Source of the DNA: Phoronis australis
Lineage: Eukaryota; Animalia; Phoronida
DNA: 64,000 bases
Direction: 5' to 3'
Assembly: GCA_002633005.1 (NCBI GenBank)
Contig: NMRA01000494.1
Location: 77,195 to 141,194 of the forward strand
Shown: piece after piece, positions 52,161 to 64,000 of the stretch
Position numbering within the stretch: the stretch's first letter is position 1
How the letters are laid out: every line of letters starts with the position of its first letter
The notes under the pieces: model-generated
Databases searched by the model: none
Told to the model about the DNA's origin: nothing
Seen by the model: only the letters and a program-made list of their open reading frames with translations
Made by a program: the position numbers and the translations under genes

Positions 52161-53933
52161 CCAGACCGTGCTCTTTTTCAAAAGCATGCCTTCTTTGCCA
52201 AGTTTTCTCCCTAGGCTGAAAGAGTAACAGCCGTCTGGCTGGATCATACATTGCAGTGTTGCGACTAATACAACCACACATATCGTAAACTTTTGGGTTG
52301 CCCAGTTCCCCCACAAAGCAATTTACAAGCAGAACGCATTGGGCCTACTTTCCACTTGATCAGTGAACAGTTCAATAAAGTGTGCCAACAAAGTTGTTCA
52401 TGTGATTAGTTGTTTGAAACAAACACCTGTATCTTGGAATTCTCACACTGAGGCAGATTTAGGTGCAGTAAAACCGGTTTTTATTAAAGTTTATTTTTTT
52501 ATACATATTCTAAGTTGGAATATTGAAAATATGCATAGTTTGTTGTACTTTTGTGGTGAGGATTGACACAATTTAAGCATGCCGAGAAGAAAGTTCATTT
52601 TACACCTCCACACCAGTTTCCATTAGGCAAGAAGTATTACATTTAATAAACAAGTTCCAAAAATAAACTTAAAACAATGACATAAAATTGGCCTGCATAG
52701 TAGGTCTACTTGGAAGGTAATGCTCTGTTTTAAAAAACACGTGGTTCGCCATGTCATATACGTTCATGTAAAGTCTGGTAGTAGACACTTACAAATATTT
52801 CTTGCAAAGTAGACCGGGATGTCATGTCAGTTTGACGCTTGTTGTCAAATGTTTTTTCCATAAAAAATTCAATAATCAAGATATCTTCATTCCAACTGGT
52901 GTATGTCTTTGTGCCCAAGTTTATGCAGTGACTTTCACTTTAATTCTCATAGTGAATACGTTTACAGGTACATGTTTGTGTTTCATCAATATTAAAGTTC
53001 TGTTTGATGACTTCCAACTAGGAGTCACTGCAATAGAAAGTTTGGCAAAATGTAATATTCTGAGAACATTAACATGTCAGGAAAGTTGAAACTTTCATTT
53101 CCCAATTTCCTCACATGTTGATTTATATGCAGAATCAAGTGGAACTGTATAGCCACGTAATGGAGCGTGTGCACCTAATTGCAGATCTTCGACTGTTCGA
53201 CAAATATTCGACCGGTTTTGAGAAAGTTTCATCTTTATCCGGGCGAGTAACGCATACTCTCTGACTATGGAGAAGACACCTGCCTTTTGTTTGGTCTTGC
53301 ACAGCTCGCGCTAATAATGGTTGGGGTACTACTGCAATTTTTATATGTCCGGATATTGCATTTGCCGGTACTCCACCGACTGTTCCATCTATGATTGCTG
53401 TAGGGGAAGAAGTGACATTTATTAAACGTTTGGAAGAGTTGGAATGATAAACTAAAACGCCCTTTTCCTACCCGAGAGTGTTTCAGCATATTAAGTCAGC
53501 TCAATTGTCTAGTAAGACTTCTGACACATATTGCATGAGTACTTCACTGTATATTTGCGATATCAATGACTATCTTCGAATGGGAAAAAATACAACCGAG
53601 GCCCGCACCCATTTTATGATACTGCGTCGGCGGATAATTAAAGTAAACAGAAGTATAACAATCGGTTTTAGAAAATTTAAAAGAGATGTTATAGGATATC
53701 TCGTTGAAATGAGGAAGTGCCTTTGTCGTCTCAAATGTATACAGTAAAGCAACTGGTATCCACAAGACTGTGAGAAAGTTCACGTTTCAGTGTAGGTGTT
53801 CGATTAAGATAATACACACCAATCTCCATTTCTTCCACAGGCGATCTTGAACGAGTTTCAGACTCTCTAGACAGAACAGGCCAGCGGAAATGGCCATCCT
53901 CGTACTCAGTACTTTGAGTAGTAGATTTGGAAG
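52161..53933 (-). CDS. Middle exons of the DED-protease gene (linker plus FAM111-type ubiquitin-like region; one exon with premature stops)
   Basis: Phase-compatible exons 53933-53820, 53397-53280, 53027-52793 (LEVIKQNFNI..CINLGTK..DILIIEF; TAG near its start and TAA at 52942-52940) and 52344-52161 (weak acceptor). Confidence 0.5.
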
Positions 53934-54519
53934 CTGAAACTGGTAAATTCCATCAGGTTAATAATTGCATTTGTCAGGTAAGTTTTGTAGTACCAAATAG
54001 AGTGTCATCTAATTGTCTGAGTTCACCAAGATCCCACCGTAGTATTTATCATGTGGCTGAGGTCTAATTCATAAAGAGAAAGCGTCTGGTTGAACAAGCG
54101 TTTGGGTTTACATATGAACATTTCATAGTCGCACAGATTCTTACGAAATATACATGTACGTACTCAGTTCGTATCACATTCTCGATTTACGTCAAATGAC
54201 GGTAGTTCACAGACATTTGTAGAGAGTGTACTGACTTCACAGCCTTGTAATGGAAGCCTTGCAACTGACTTTGGTTTCAAAATAGAACTTTGAAAAATTC
54301 TTCAGGAATTGATTTTTAGGTCTTATGATCAACCTCTTGATCCCAGATTACGTTAAAAGTGGCCTTTAAGCTACTTATGACACATTTCACTTCTAAAAAA
54401 TTTTAATAACTTCAACACATCTGTTTACACACTTTCGTGTCATTGTAAAAATATTACAAGTTTCGGCATATTTTTGGGGTATGAAAAAGACTTTCACCTT
54501 GCCATCAGTAACACTTTCA

Positions 54520-55795
54520 TATTTTCATTCTCGAGCAACAGATGTGTTTAGTGCAGAGTACTGTTGTTCCTGGGTTTTCTTCAATTTTATTCTTATTCTT
54601 ATTCTTATTCTTATTTTTCTTATTCTTCTTCCGACCAACTTTGAGGCTTAATAACTCCAAATTGGGTGCAGCTACATTCTTTGTATTCAGCATATCATTT
54701 TTGACCGTACATAAATTTTGATTCGTTTTGTAATCATATTCCATATTGCACCAGAAGAAGGCATTTGGTGCAAAGGTCATATAATTTTTAAAATTCTACT
54801 CCTTCTCTATTTTAAAAGCAATTCTTTTCAAATTCGGCACACAGGTATAAGTCAATAGGGAAATTTAAAAAATACTTATCTAACTAATCGGGTCATCGAA
54901 TCAGGTTAAACAGTTCAAAGGTCATTAGGTGCAAACTAAGATTTTGAGCTAGACACTTCAGATTCACAGGTCTGATTGTCACAGGTACTTCAATACGGAA
55001 TGCAAAGTTTCAGGTTATTTAGTGCAAACATGGGCTCATGAGGTGCATTTTTTTCTGAAAATTTGACCTATTCATTCACCTAGTATTCTGATGTGTCAAC
55101 TGTTAGACAACTGTGATTCTCAGCATTAAACACATTTTTCATGGGCTTTGCAATAATTCTCCTAAAGATGCTTATTATGCACCGGATAGGGTAAATTAGT
55201 GCAAAGGTCATCTAACGTTCAAAATGTTACATCAGACGTTTTTCAAGGAATTATTTTCAATTTCAGCACAATGGGGTAAGCCAACATGCCAATTGAACAC
55301 CCTACTTTACTACGCAATAGGTCTAACCAATCAGGAAAAATAGGTCAAATGTCGTTGAGTGCAAACTAAAATTTTGAGCTAGATACTTAAAAATAACATA
55401 TCTGTTTACTAAATGCAATTGAGTTGGAATTGTCTATTTTCAAGCCATTTGGTGCACCCATAGGGTCATTAGGTGCATTTTTCTTCTGAAAGTTAGACCA
55501 TTTCATTCATCTTGTTTTCTGAAGCGCTTAAAGTAGTAAAACGTCTGTGATTCTTAGCATTAACCTGACTTTAAGTCGAGTTTACACTTATTTCCTCATC
55601 GGGGTTCATAATGCACCGGAAGAGGTCAATTAGTGGAAAGGTCAACAAAATATTAACATGTAATTTCTCCTACAATTTTAAAGAATTCCTTTTCATATTG
55701 GTGAACGGGTTGCTGTCATTAACTTCACGAAACAATTCCAGTTAAACGCACTCGCAGAGTCCATTATTGTCGCGCCGTGACAATAATCTTTCTAG
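54520..55795 (+). mobile_element. Non-autonomous Helitron/Helentron-type element with internal ~430 bp tandem core
   Basis: 5' (TTATTC)n microsatellite at ~54586-54630; two diverged core copies (GCAAACTAAR..TTGAGCTAGA at 54931 and 55361); 3' hairpin ATTATTGTC..GACAATAAT (55763-55787) followed by CTAG|TT. Confidence 0.72.
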
Positions 55796-57079
55796 TTAAC
55801 GTTGATATTCAAACGAGTCCTAGTACAGTGATCGTTCTGTTTTTACACCCAATGTGTAACACAGCAACCGCTGTGGCTCTTGCGTTTTCTCTCTATATTC
55901 ATAAAACCTTTCAAGTCATTTCTCTGTTGCATGTCACCATTTCAATGGCTTTGTGTTCTTACATGGTCATTGTTTGCAACCTGAATCTCTAATGTCGACC
56001 AGTTCACTGTTTATTTTTTACTTAGTTATTCTCAGTGTTTAACAGAGATGTTTTAGGATTCATAATAATGGCAAACGTTTGGCCACAGGGACCTTTATTG
56101 TTGGTTACCTTTATCAGTTTGGATCATTTTTGATATTTATGTATTGTTGTTTGAAGACATATTTCATTTAGGACCAGCGGTGAAAATATGTTGGCATTTT
56201 GATTAAAAAGTGACAAAAATCCAGTGGGACAAAATTGGACTCTCCAATGGTATTTTACGTATCGTTCTTGCTGTACTTCGGAGCAAGTTTTCCGATATGC
56301 AAAGTTGACCAATCCCAAGACACTGGTCGTTATTAACTGTTATTTTTCCGTTCCGTTCGTATACTCTGTAACTTGCAGCACGACCTTCTTTGTTTTTCAT
56401 TCAAAACAGGACTAGATAGGACCTCCGACTTATTTTTTCATGTGCTAAATGATAAAGCTCGACATCTTTTGGGAATTGGAAAGTATCCAGTGTGATCGGC
56501 AGTCACCATCCAATCTCCTGCGATCTAGGTTGGTTTAAGCCAACAGCGGGAGTGAACAGCGTATTAGTGCAACGTCGCCTACTGACCGCGCTCAATTTTG
56601 CTTTTTGAGCCGTTTACACAGGTTTGATTTCGGTATTCCTTGAAATTTTAAGAAAAAAACGTTGGTATTACTGTAACCACAAGGAAATCTTCTACTAAAT
56701 TATTCATACAACTCAGCTTAAGTGAATATTTGAAACTTCTTGCATTCCAGACTTTCCAAACTAAAGGCAATATAAACCACTTGTATAATTCGTGTGTGAT
56801 CACCGGGATGTTCTAAAAACGGATGAATTTGACGAAATCCGTTGAAACGGGATGGAAAACCCAAATATCCTCTCCATTTTGGCAACACACATCGCTTCCT
56901 ATTCTAACAGTAATGTATGTTACGAGAGGTAAACATGCATAATTCAAATGGAAATAGTTCATTTCCTATAAGTTCTACGCGGAACTTAAAAATGGCTTTC
57001 ATTTCATTGTCATTTCCAGTTGATAATTAACTAAAACGAGTGTTTCTTAAAATTTGAACGTCATAGATACTAATTACAA

Positions 57080-57600
57080 TCATCTTTATTTTATGTGAAC
57101 TCCATTCCCCGCAGGATGATGGTAATTTTGAAGATAAGTTACGTGCTTCCACGCGCACAACATCAGAAAGCCACAAACTATTCTAAAGCTTGTGCTCAGC
57201 AGCTGCAGAGGGAATTTGGTTTCTGCCGAGATTACAACATGAAAGTGACCACTTCTGCCAGCTACAGCTCTCCCCATTGATTGTAAATCATCTGGGATGG
57301 ACGGCCGCGGGGAAATCACACACTTGTTTTATCAATGTGTTGATACATAAATCATAATTTGTTGCAACGCACAGATGTTTAATCCCGCGGTTGTATTTTA
57401 CAAGACTTTATAACCAAAAAGATGGTCACGATACTTTCAAAACGTCCTTGTTGTAAATAAAATTATTGCATTTACCTTGACTGATAGTCGCAATCGTTAG
57501 TCACTTAGATAATGCAGCAGGAAGGCGATTTGTTATTTGATATTCAAAATTGCTGTGTCATCAGCATAAGGAAAATGTTCAATAAAATGTGTTTGAAACG
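57080..57600 (-). mobile_element. Highly decayed LINE reverse transcriptase fragment
   Basis: Minus strand PYADDTAIL at ~57545-57572; surrounding frames are broken. Confidence 0.3.
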
Positions 57601-57841
57601 TGTAAAACCACTGCGTACCTTGTTTTTGACAAACAAAATTGTCAACATCATATAAACCTTCCTTTTATCGCACTGCAAGTCGCAATCGTGAAATTAGTGT
57701 CCAATGAACACTTGAGAAAAGAACTTCAATTGGAGGTCTAAGCTCCAGCGACTTGAGTCCAACATATCAATGTACGCACCACCATTATGTCATGTGCACT
57801 AACTGATGAGTGGCTTGCACAAACTCCGACACTCCATAGGT

Positions 57842-59014
57842 AATAGGCCTTTTGCGAGTTTATAACAATAACGCGAGATTATGTGAGACTTAACTGTGAC
57901 GTCACGGGAAGTGGGGCAAAAGCTTGTCGTTTGGTCATTTGCCCAATACGGTAGCAGAGTGTATTCTGTTATTGTCTTCGAATTTTTAGCCGTTTATTTC
58001 GAAAAATGTCCAAAAGCATTGCTGTTATGGCAAATGAACTTCAGATTCGCACTACAATACGTTCTATCGCGTTCTGTACTAATTTCGTCCCGTGTATTTT
58101 AAACGGCGGTAGGCGAAATTCGCTCACTGATAAAGTTTTCACCTCGTCAAAAATAAATTCTACACCTGAAATTAGCACCTAAAAGGCTCTTACTTTCTTC
58201 AGTGACTCTTTCTGCTTCTAAACATATCTTCGATGAAGCATATATATGGGAATTCAGGTGACTTTGGCGAAGAATTCCAACTCCACTTTTGGTTACTGTT
58301 AACTTTGTCCGCGCGCGCGATAACCACAATTAAGTATTTCAACTGAGTCAGGTGAGTATGAGGCAAAGGCTAGCGCGAGACTGAGCGAAGCGCGAGATCT
58401 GGCGCGTGACCTGGCGCGTGACACTTGCAAAATAGCATGAGAAAATATCAAGTGAAAATTGTAAGATTTGTGTCCCTTGCACTTTTTGTTCGTCAACAGG
58501 CGTGATTTCACGTAACCTCCTCAAAATGGCGGCTAGTGAGAGAAACTCGAGAGAACCGCGAGGTTTTCATGAATATGCTCAAGTTATTTGTAGACTAAAT
58601 TGTGTCCAGAGTCAGGGTATGTGTTAATTATGACTTCCTGTGCAGATATGCATGTTTCATTTTATTTTATTTCCTGTATTTTGAAGTGAATATCTTTTTA
58701 CGGGGATACACTATCGCCCCTGTATGCCTGCGCCATTCAGGCCTAGAGCGGGTTAAGTTCCAATTTCAGTCCGTTCACAGCTTCGCACAACATAACAAGT
58801 TCACATTTTCTTCGTCCATTCACAGTTATTCCACGACCCATCTACCATATCTTAAGTTATTTTAACGTTTTAAGCGTAAAATTCACCATAAGAACTCCAG
58901 TAAGTTTTAGCGTTTGTAGCAAAGACTCGGGGCAAAACAAGAGCAATATGGCGGGTTTTGCCCCCTTTCCGATGACGTCACAGTGACTAACGAGAAACTC
59001 GCAAGTGAGCTATT
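57842..59014. mobile_element. 1.17 kb non-autonomous TIR element
   Basis: Ends AATAGGCCTTTTGCGAGTTT / AAACTCGCAAGTGAGCTATT, with inner inverted blocks ACTGTGACGTCAC..GGGGCAAAA / TTTTGCCCC..TGACGTCACAGT. Confidence 0.7.
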
Positions 59015-59296
59015 GATGGGCTATAGACTGGTTAAATATAAAGTTGACATAAGCCCCACAAAAGCAAAGCATTGCCAATATTCCTTATCAATAGATTGAC
59101 AAAGACGGTTATGGCATACATGTACTTATATACATTAAAACGACTTTCCTATTCTTTGAAACAAAAAAGAATGCTGTGCAACCTGCACAGCTGTCAAGAT
59201 GTTTTGAAGAAAATTTAAAATTTCTCGTCAAAGTCTTGAAAACGGGCAAGCGTGACCTACGCCGAGGATCGGAATGTACGTTTTTATGAGATTTGG

Positions 59297-59361
59297 CATG
59301 GGCGGCGCATCACTAAAAATTGGGGCTATAAAACTTCAGTCTCGATGGTGCCCCGCCCATG
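59297..59361. mobile_element. Minimal MITE, CATGG TIR family
   Basis: CATGGGCGGCGCATCA ... TGGTGCCCCGCCCATG; only 65 bp long. Confidence 0.6.
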
Positions 59362-60410
59362 TATTTGCGTATGGATGTTTTGTCGTTTTATGCGTTTATC
59401 TTTCAAGATTAACGACAGCAATGCATAGGCAGGTGGATGAACGAAGATGGGTTGAAAATACCAAAAAGTTTAGTATCCCTTTACAAAAAATACGGAAATC
59501 GAGCAGCAGTATTCGGCATCAGTACACAAAAGGTTTACTTTACTTAAAGGTATTGATCAACTTTGCATCTCTCAGAATATTTTTTACAAAACGTCTATTG
59601 ATACCAGCCGTTCCCAGGGATCGAGATATAGATTTCTTGTCAGTGGGAGTAGGAAAAACCAAGGTAGCTTCAACTTAAGCTTCTCAATGTCGCACCTTCC
59701 CTCTCTCCAACAACATGACTTAAGTACGTCACATATGCATGACCGACAGCAAGTTTGATCAGTTTAAAAGTTAAATTAGCAAAAGGCAAACGCTCAACAA
59801 GTTGCCTTAAATCTTTCCAAGACAGACAATAAATACTTATTATAACGTTATCAACGTAAACATGAACGATTCAAAAGAGTGTTCATCAATCGCTGAGAAG
59901 TTGTAGCTCTATTTTAACAATTCAACAAATATACTCAAAATAAATCTTGTATGCATGCAGAGTAAGTAATCAAATTTACAAACAGAAATCTCTAAACAGT
60001 GGATTGCGCAAGGTCAGCATACAAGGCTGTCATAACTTTAAACTAAAATCTCAAGTGGCTTGGGATGAGCACACACGGCTGCAGCACTAACTTAGGGTTA
60101 AAACCAAGCAAAGTAATTGCTTCAAATTCTTACTAACTCTAAGCAAAGCAACTTCTTCGCAATTAGTGAGAAATTGATACCCGTGACAGCGAATACAGTG
60201 TTAACTCTGAAACTGAAAGATTCTCACGATGCAAGCTACACTAAGCAAGGGCTTTGCTTGCGACCCTGGCAAACTCTAGTTAAGTTATACGTGAGCTCGT
60301 CCTTTTGCCTCTACGAAATAAAAGCTTGCACAAGGACATGTAGACAGATGGTACTTGATTGAGAACAACAAAATTTTCACAGAAACTCCGCAAGAATATT
60401 ATCTACGTAC

Positions 60411-60586
60411 CCATAATTTTTCGTATATCAACATCCAGTCTCTCCACATTCTCCTTAAGTTTGATCAATTTGTTGTCCTCCAGTAGTTTAATTAACTTGG
60501 TGTAATTTCCCATTCCAATGATTCCTTGCTTGTCAAGATGTTGGAGGAGTTGGGTAGGTGATTTGAAGTTATCTTGCTCCGCTGCG
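60411..60586 (-). CDS. Exon encoding the C-terminal part of a death effector domain (DED)-like fold; likely 5' part of the FAM111-like protease gene
   Basis: TTTCTTTACAG acceptor and GTACGT donor around the open frame AAEQDNFKSPTQLLQHLDKQGIIGMGNYTKLIKLLEDNKLIKLKENVERLD, which fits the DED pattern S..(D/Q)L..L...G.I...N...L..LL. It ends in phase 1, compatible with the exons at 53933 and 52090. Confidence 0.7.
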
Positions 60587-62774
60587 CTGTAAAGAAACTA
60601 AAACCGCTAACTCTCCCCGTACCCAAGGTAAATGACGACTGATTTTTAATCATGACTTAAATATGATTAATATTTGACTAAAATTAGTCACAAATGGAAT
60701 ATAAAATTATTGCCATCCACATTATGTGAGTGTTTCTGACTATAGTGTGGCCCATAAAAATGTGAGTATGGCCGTTACTATAATGTGACTAATATAATTT
60801 ATCTTTATCTTTAGGAATTCGGCTAGATTGTGATCAATATACTTTGTGAGCTTGCCCGTGAATAACATGGGACTAATACCCGTAAATGTATATTTGAGTA
60901 TACGGATGTATCTAAATTATGACTTTCCGGCCAATACCAGAGGACAAGCTTAGGGACTCTATGTTCACGTATATGTGGTTTGATTGCCTTAGTTCTGTCC
61001 AAATTATGGGAAATACATTATTTTGGTCATTCTGTGCAGGATGGTCAGGAGATTGTCCTTGGCTTTTTTCTTTGGCTTAAGGATTTATATATATATCTGA
61101 TATTCTCATAATTTATGCAAAGAAATATTGTAATCTTATCCAATACCACTGTTTATGTTTTCAGCGCAAACCTTGTATTTTAGAACGATTACATCCGCCA
61201 ACCAGCAGTCGAGGAAGATTTTAAAGCGTGCGTGTAATATTGATTGATTTCTCTTAATATAAAAATATTCGTAATTTAGACAAATTTGTAACATATAATA
61301 AAGAATACAATGTTTTTCCATCAAGTGTCAAGACCTCTAACTGCTCCAATTCCATAATTGGCACTCACTCAAACTCTAGACTATGACGAAATATCCTTAA
61401 ATTCTGCCATATCCTATCCAGAATTCATGTCATCTGGGAATATCCCAACGAGAAGAAAAGTCCAGTTGGGACATTCCCAGATGAAATGAATTCAAGATAG
61501 GGTATCTCAGTAATATTCCTATGTATGTGGGTTAACCTATTTACCCCATATATTTAGACTTATTTGCATCAATGTGGCAATACTTTGTCGCCGGGTGACC
61601 CGCCTTGTTGTTATATGACGTCACGTGTGCAGAGTACGGTGCCAAACCTGGTTTAGCTACAAGACAACCTGTGAAGTGTTGAATAACCAGTAAAGTTTTA
61701 TTTCGTAATAAATCCATCGGAATTTTTAGATTGTGAAATGTACAAGCAAAAGCATTGAGCCACTCAATTATATCAAAACTTTGTCGGAAACTTAGAGAAA
61801 ATCCACCTGGGAAAAATAAAAATTGAAACATTCCCTGAACTGTGTTGTCTGCAACACTTTGCTATAAGCTTCCATGAATTTCTTAGTTTTGTTGGTCTAT
61901 TAGCCTCTGGGCTGTACATACATGTAGCAATAGAAGCATTTCCCTGTATTTATCACATCACTGGAAAATAACGTTGGAAGTTGTGCTAATTTGAAGAACT
62001 TGAGGTAAAGACTATCTCAAAGCAGCTGTTTTACACCACGGACAGTAACGGAGAGTTGAACGTGGCGACGCACTGTCTCAGTAAAAAACGCATACTCATT
62101 ATTAGGTCTTAATTTCATGTAACAGTTCAGCTCCCAGGGTAGATATGGGGCATACAACCATAGCCAAACGCTTTGTTGGGTTTTGAATGAGATTCTGGCA
62201 GAATTTAGTAGCCGGTGACCTTACTCAGTTTGACCTATTTACATGTACATGTATGATTACCCAGATTGAAACTTCAGAGAGGCCCAAAAATAGCCGCCTG
62301 ATCACCGTGCTTTGGAAGTTTCATCGGTAATTTTTTTCGCTTTTAGAGCAGTAAAGCTGCTTTTTCGGGAACGATGCCTTGAATTAATGGTTTACGTAAC
62401 CCAAATGATTGAGCCCAATAAAATTTGGCGTTGTACACCAAATTTACCCCACCACCAGACTGCACACCAACCGTTAAATACGGATTCTACAGTTGAATAC
62501 GGCTTTTAGCGTGATATTCGGATTGGCTCTACTTTCCCGTAAATCACAGTTCAATACGTCACATATAAATTGACCATATTTTCATATGCATGTGATAATA
62601 TGTGACATTCGACCAAGGGCATATTTTTGTAAAGTTACTACATGTTTTATTAGGCAATAGAAGTAACAGAGAACGTGACTGAACCTAATCAAAGGAATCA
62701 TGGGCATTTCCCAGTCAAATTTTTGTCATGAACCGTCTTGCGTCGCTAAAATGCAACAAAGATATGTGTGACCT

Positions 62775-63240
62775 CCCTTACAAAAATGAACTTAAATTTT
62801 CATCGAAAAACTAAAGTTTTTGGTCTGAAAAACTTAAGTTTTCATTCACGAAAACTTAAGTTTTTGGCGAAAACTTAAGTATTTTGGAACAAGTTTTTTG
62901 GGACGAACTTAAGTTTTCATAACTTAAGTTTTCAAAAACTTAAGTTCTGAAAACTTAAGTTTTCCAAAAACTTAAGTTCTGAAAACTCAAGTTTTTCAAA
63001 AACTTAAGTTCTGAAAACTTAGTTCGTTCCAAAAAACTTGTTCCAAAATACTTAAGTTTTTGGAAAACTTAAGTTTCTGAAACTTAAGTTTTTGAAAAAC
63101 TTAAGTTTTGGAACAAATTTTTAGTAACAAACATAAGTCATCAAAACTTAAGTTTTTGAAAACTAAGTTTTCCGAACATAAGTTTTCAAGGAACTAACTT
63201 TTGAAAACTGAAGTTTTCTAAAAGCAATAAGTTTCAATAA
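62775..63240. repeat. Array of palindromic AAAACTTAAGTTTT motifs (fold-back/subterminal-repeat type)
   Basis: About 20 degenerate copies of the self-complementary motif, starting at CCCTTACAAAAA. Confidence 0.85.
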
Positions 63241-64000
63241 GACAGGCATTCAAAAATTTCGACTTTCACTAAAACAAGAGTGGAGTACAGTAACAAATTT
63301 AATAATTCTCATCAAGATTTAACAAACTAGAGTTATATTAACATTTCATTAACAGTGATTATTTGCCGAAAATAAAATGCACTTCCTAAAATACACTAGT
63401 TCTTTAAAAAAAGTGAACATAAGTGAAATATCAAAATCTTAAAAACCATTTCAAAATCAGTTCATCAAGAGTCATGCATACAATGCAGTGAAAACTAAAT
63501 GAGGCTAATAATATAATTGCATCGTTTCAGTCTATGACAATTATGCGATAACTGAGGGAGCAAAATGGAATGTGCAAACAGAGAAATCACTACCAAATCA
63601 TGAAACACAACCAAAGAAAATGTGATTACAAAGCCAGGAAGGACTACAACAAAAGTCTACGTTTCAACAGCAGACTTTTTCAACTAAAATTACAGCAATG
63701 ACACCAAGAATAACAAATCACTTAATATGCAAAATCCAAGAATATCCGCAGAGACAAAAGCATAACATAAAACGTAACAGGTAACTAAAAGTTTATCGAC
63801 AATGGCCACAGGTCTGATTTTGGGAAGTACAATCCTTATACTAGAAATAGTGCTTAGAATCACCTGTAATTGTTTTCAACCTTAAAAATATCAATTTAAA
63901 AGTCAAAGTTTCGTTTTCGTGACAATCATAATAACAGTAAATCCAAAACACTCCATGGTGCGAACAAGTTTCACTAAAAGTAAGTACAACCTGGTTATAC

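Noticed and set aside
54160-54290. Possible extra exon (SILKPKSVARLPLQ..) of the protease gene
   Set aside because: Phases do not fit the neighbouring exons and the frame ends in a stop before the best donor.
60622-60990. TGACTA/TAGTCA-rich segment, possible fold-back MITE
   Set aside because: Termini and TSD could not be defined reliably.
61541-61831. ORF with a phase-2 donor that could splice to the DED exon
   Set aside because: The translation lacks the N-terminal DED helix pattern (L..L...L...L..LKFL); not supported without transcripts.

Overview
Eukaryotic (invertebrate-like, AT-rich, intron-rich) genomic DNA; most ORFs in the six-frame track are spurious or are single exons. Reading splice sites and phases by hand gives two host-type genes. 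(1) A 12-exon DEG/ENaC ion channel on + (5272-16775), phase-consistent with no internal stop; its first exon(s) with the HG motif and most of TM1 were not found. (2) A multi-exon gene on - (60586-48587) joining a death-effector-domain (DED)-like exon, a FAM111-type ubiquitin-like segment and an intact FAM111-like trypsin-fold serine protease (H/D/S triad). One middle exon carries in-frame stops but can be skipped in frame. Between the two genes is a nested transposon cluster of about 27 kb: a KIAA1586/ZNF862-type hAT remnant (duplicated), a ~670 bp satellite, a 4.3 kb TA-flanked TIR element inside a decayed putative DUF6589-like/C2H2 element, an ISL2EU-type THAP-DDE transposase, an intron-containing Harbinger transposase and a BEL/Pao LTR retrotransposon. 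The window also holds a Penelope-like GIY-YIG 3' end with an inverted pLTR and a degenerate hammerhead core, a Helitron/Helentron-type non-autonomous element and several MITEs. Five single-N scaffold joins (19760, 30347, 37905, 42078, 42721) make some adjacencies unreliable. All family calls come from motif recognition; no database search was run.
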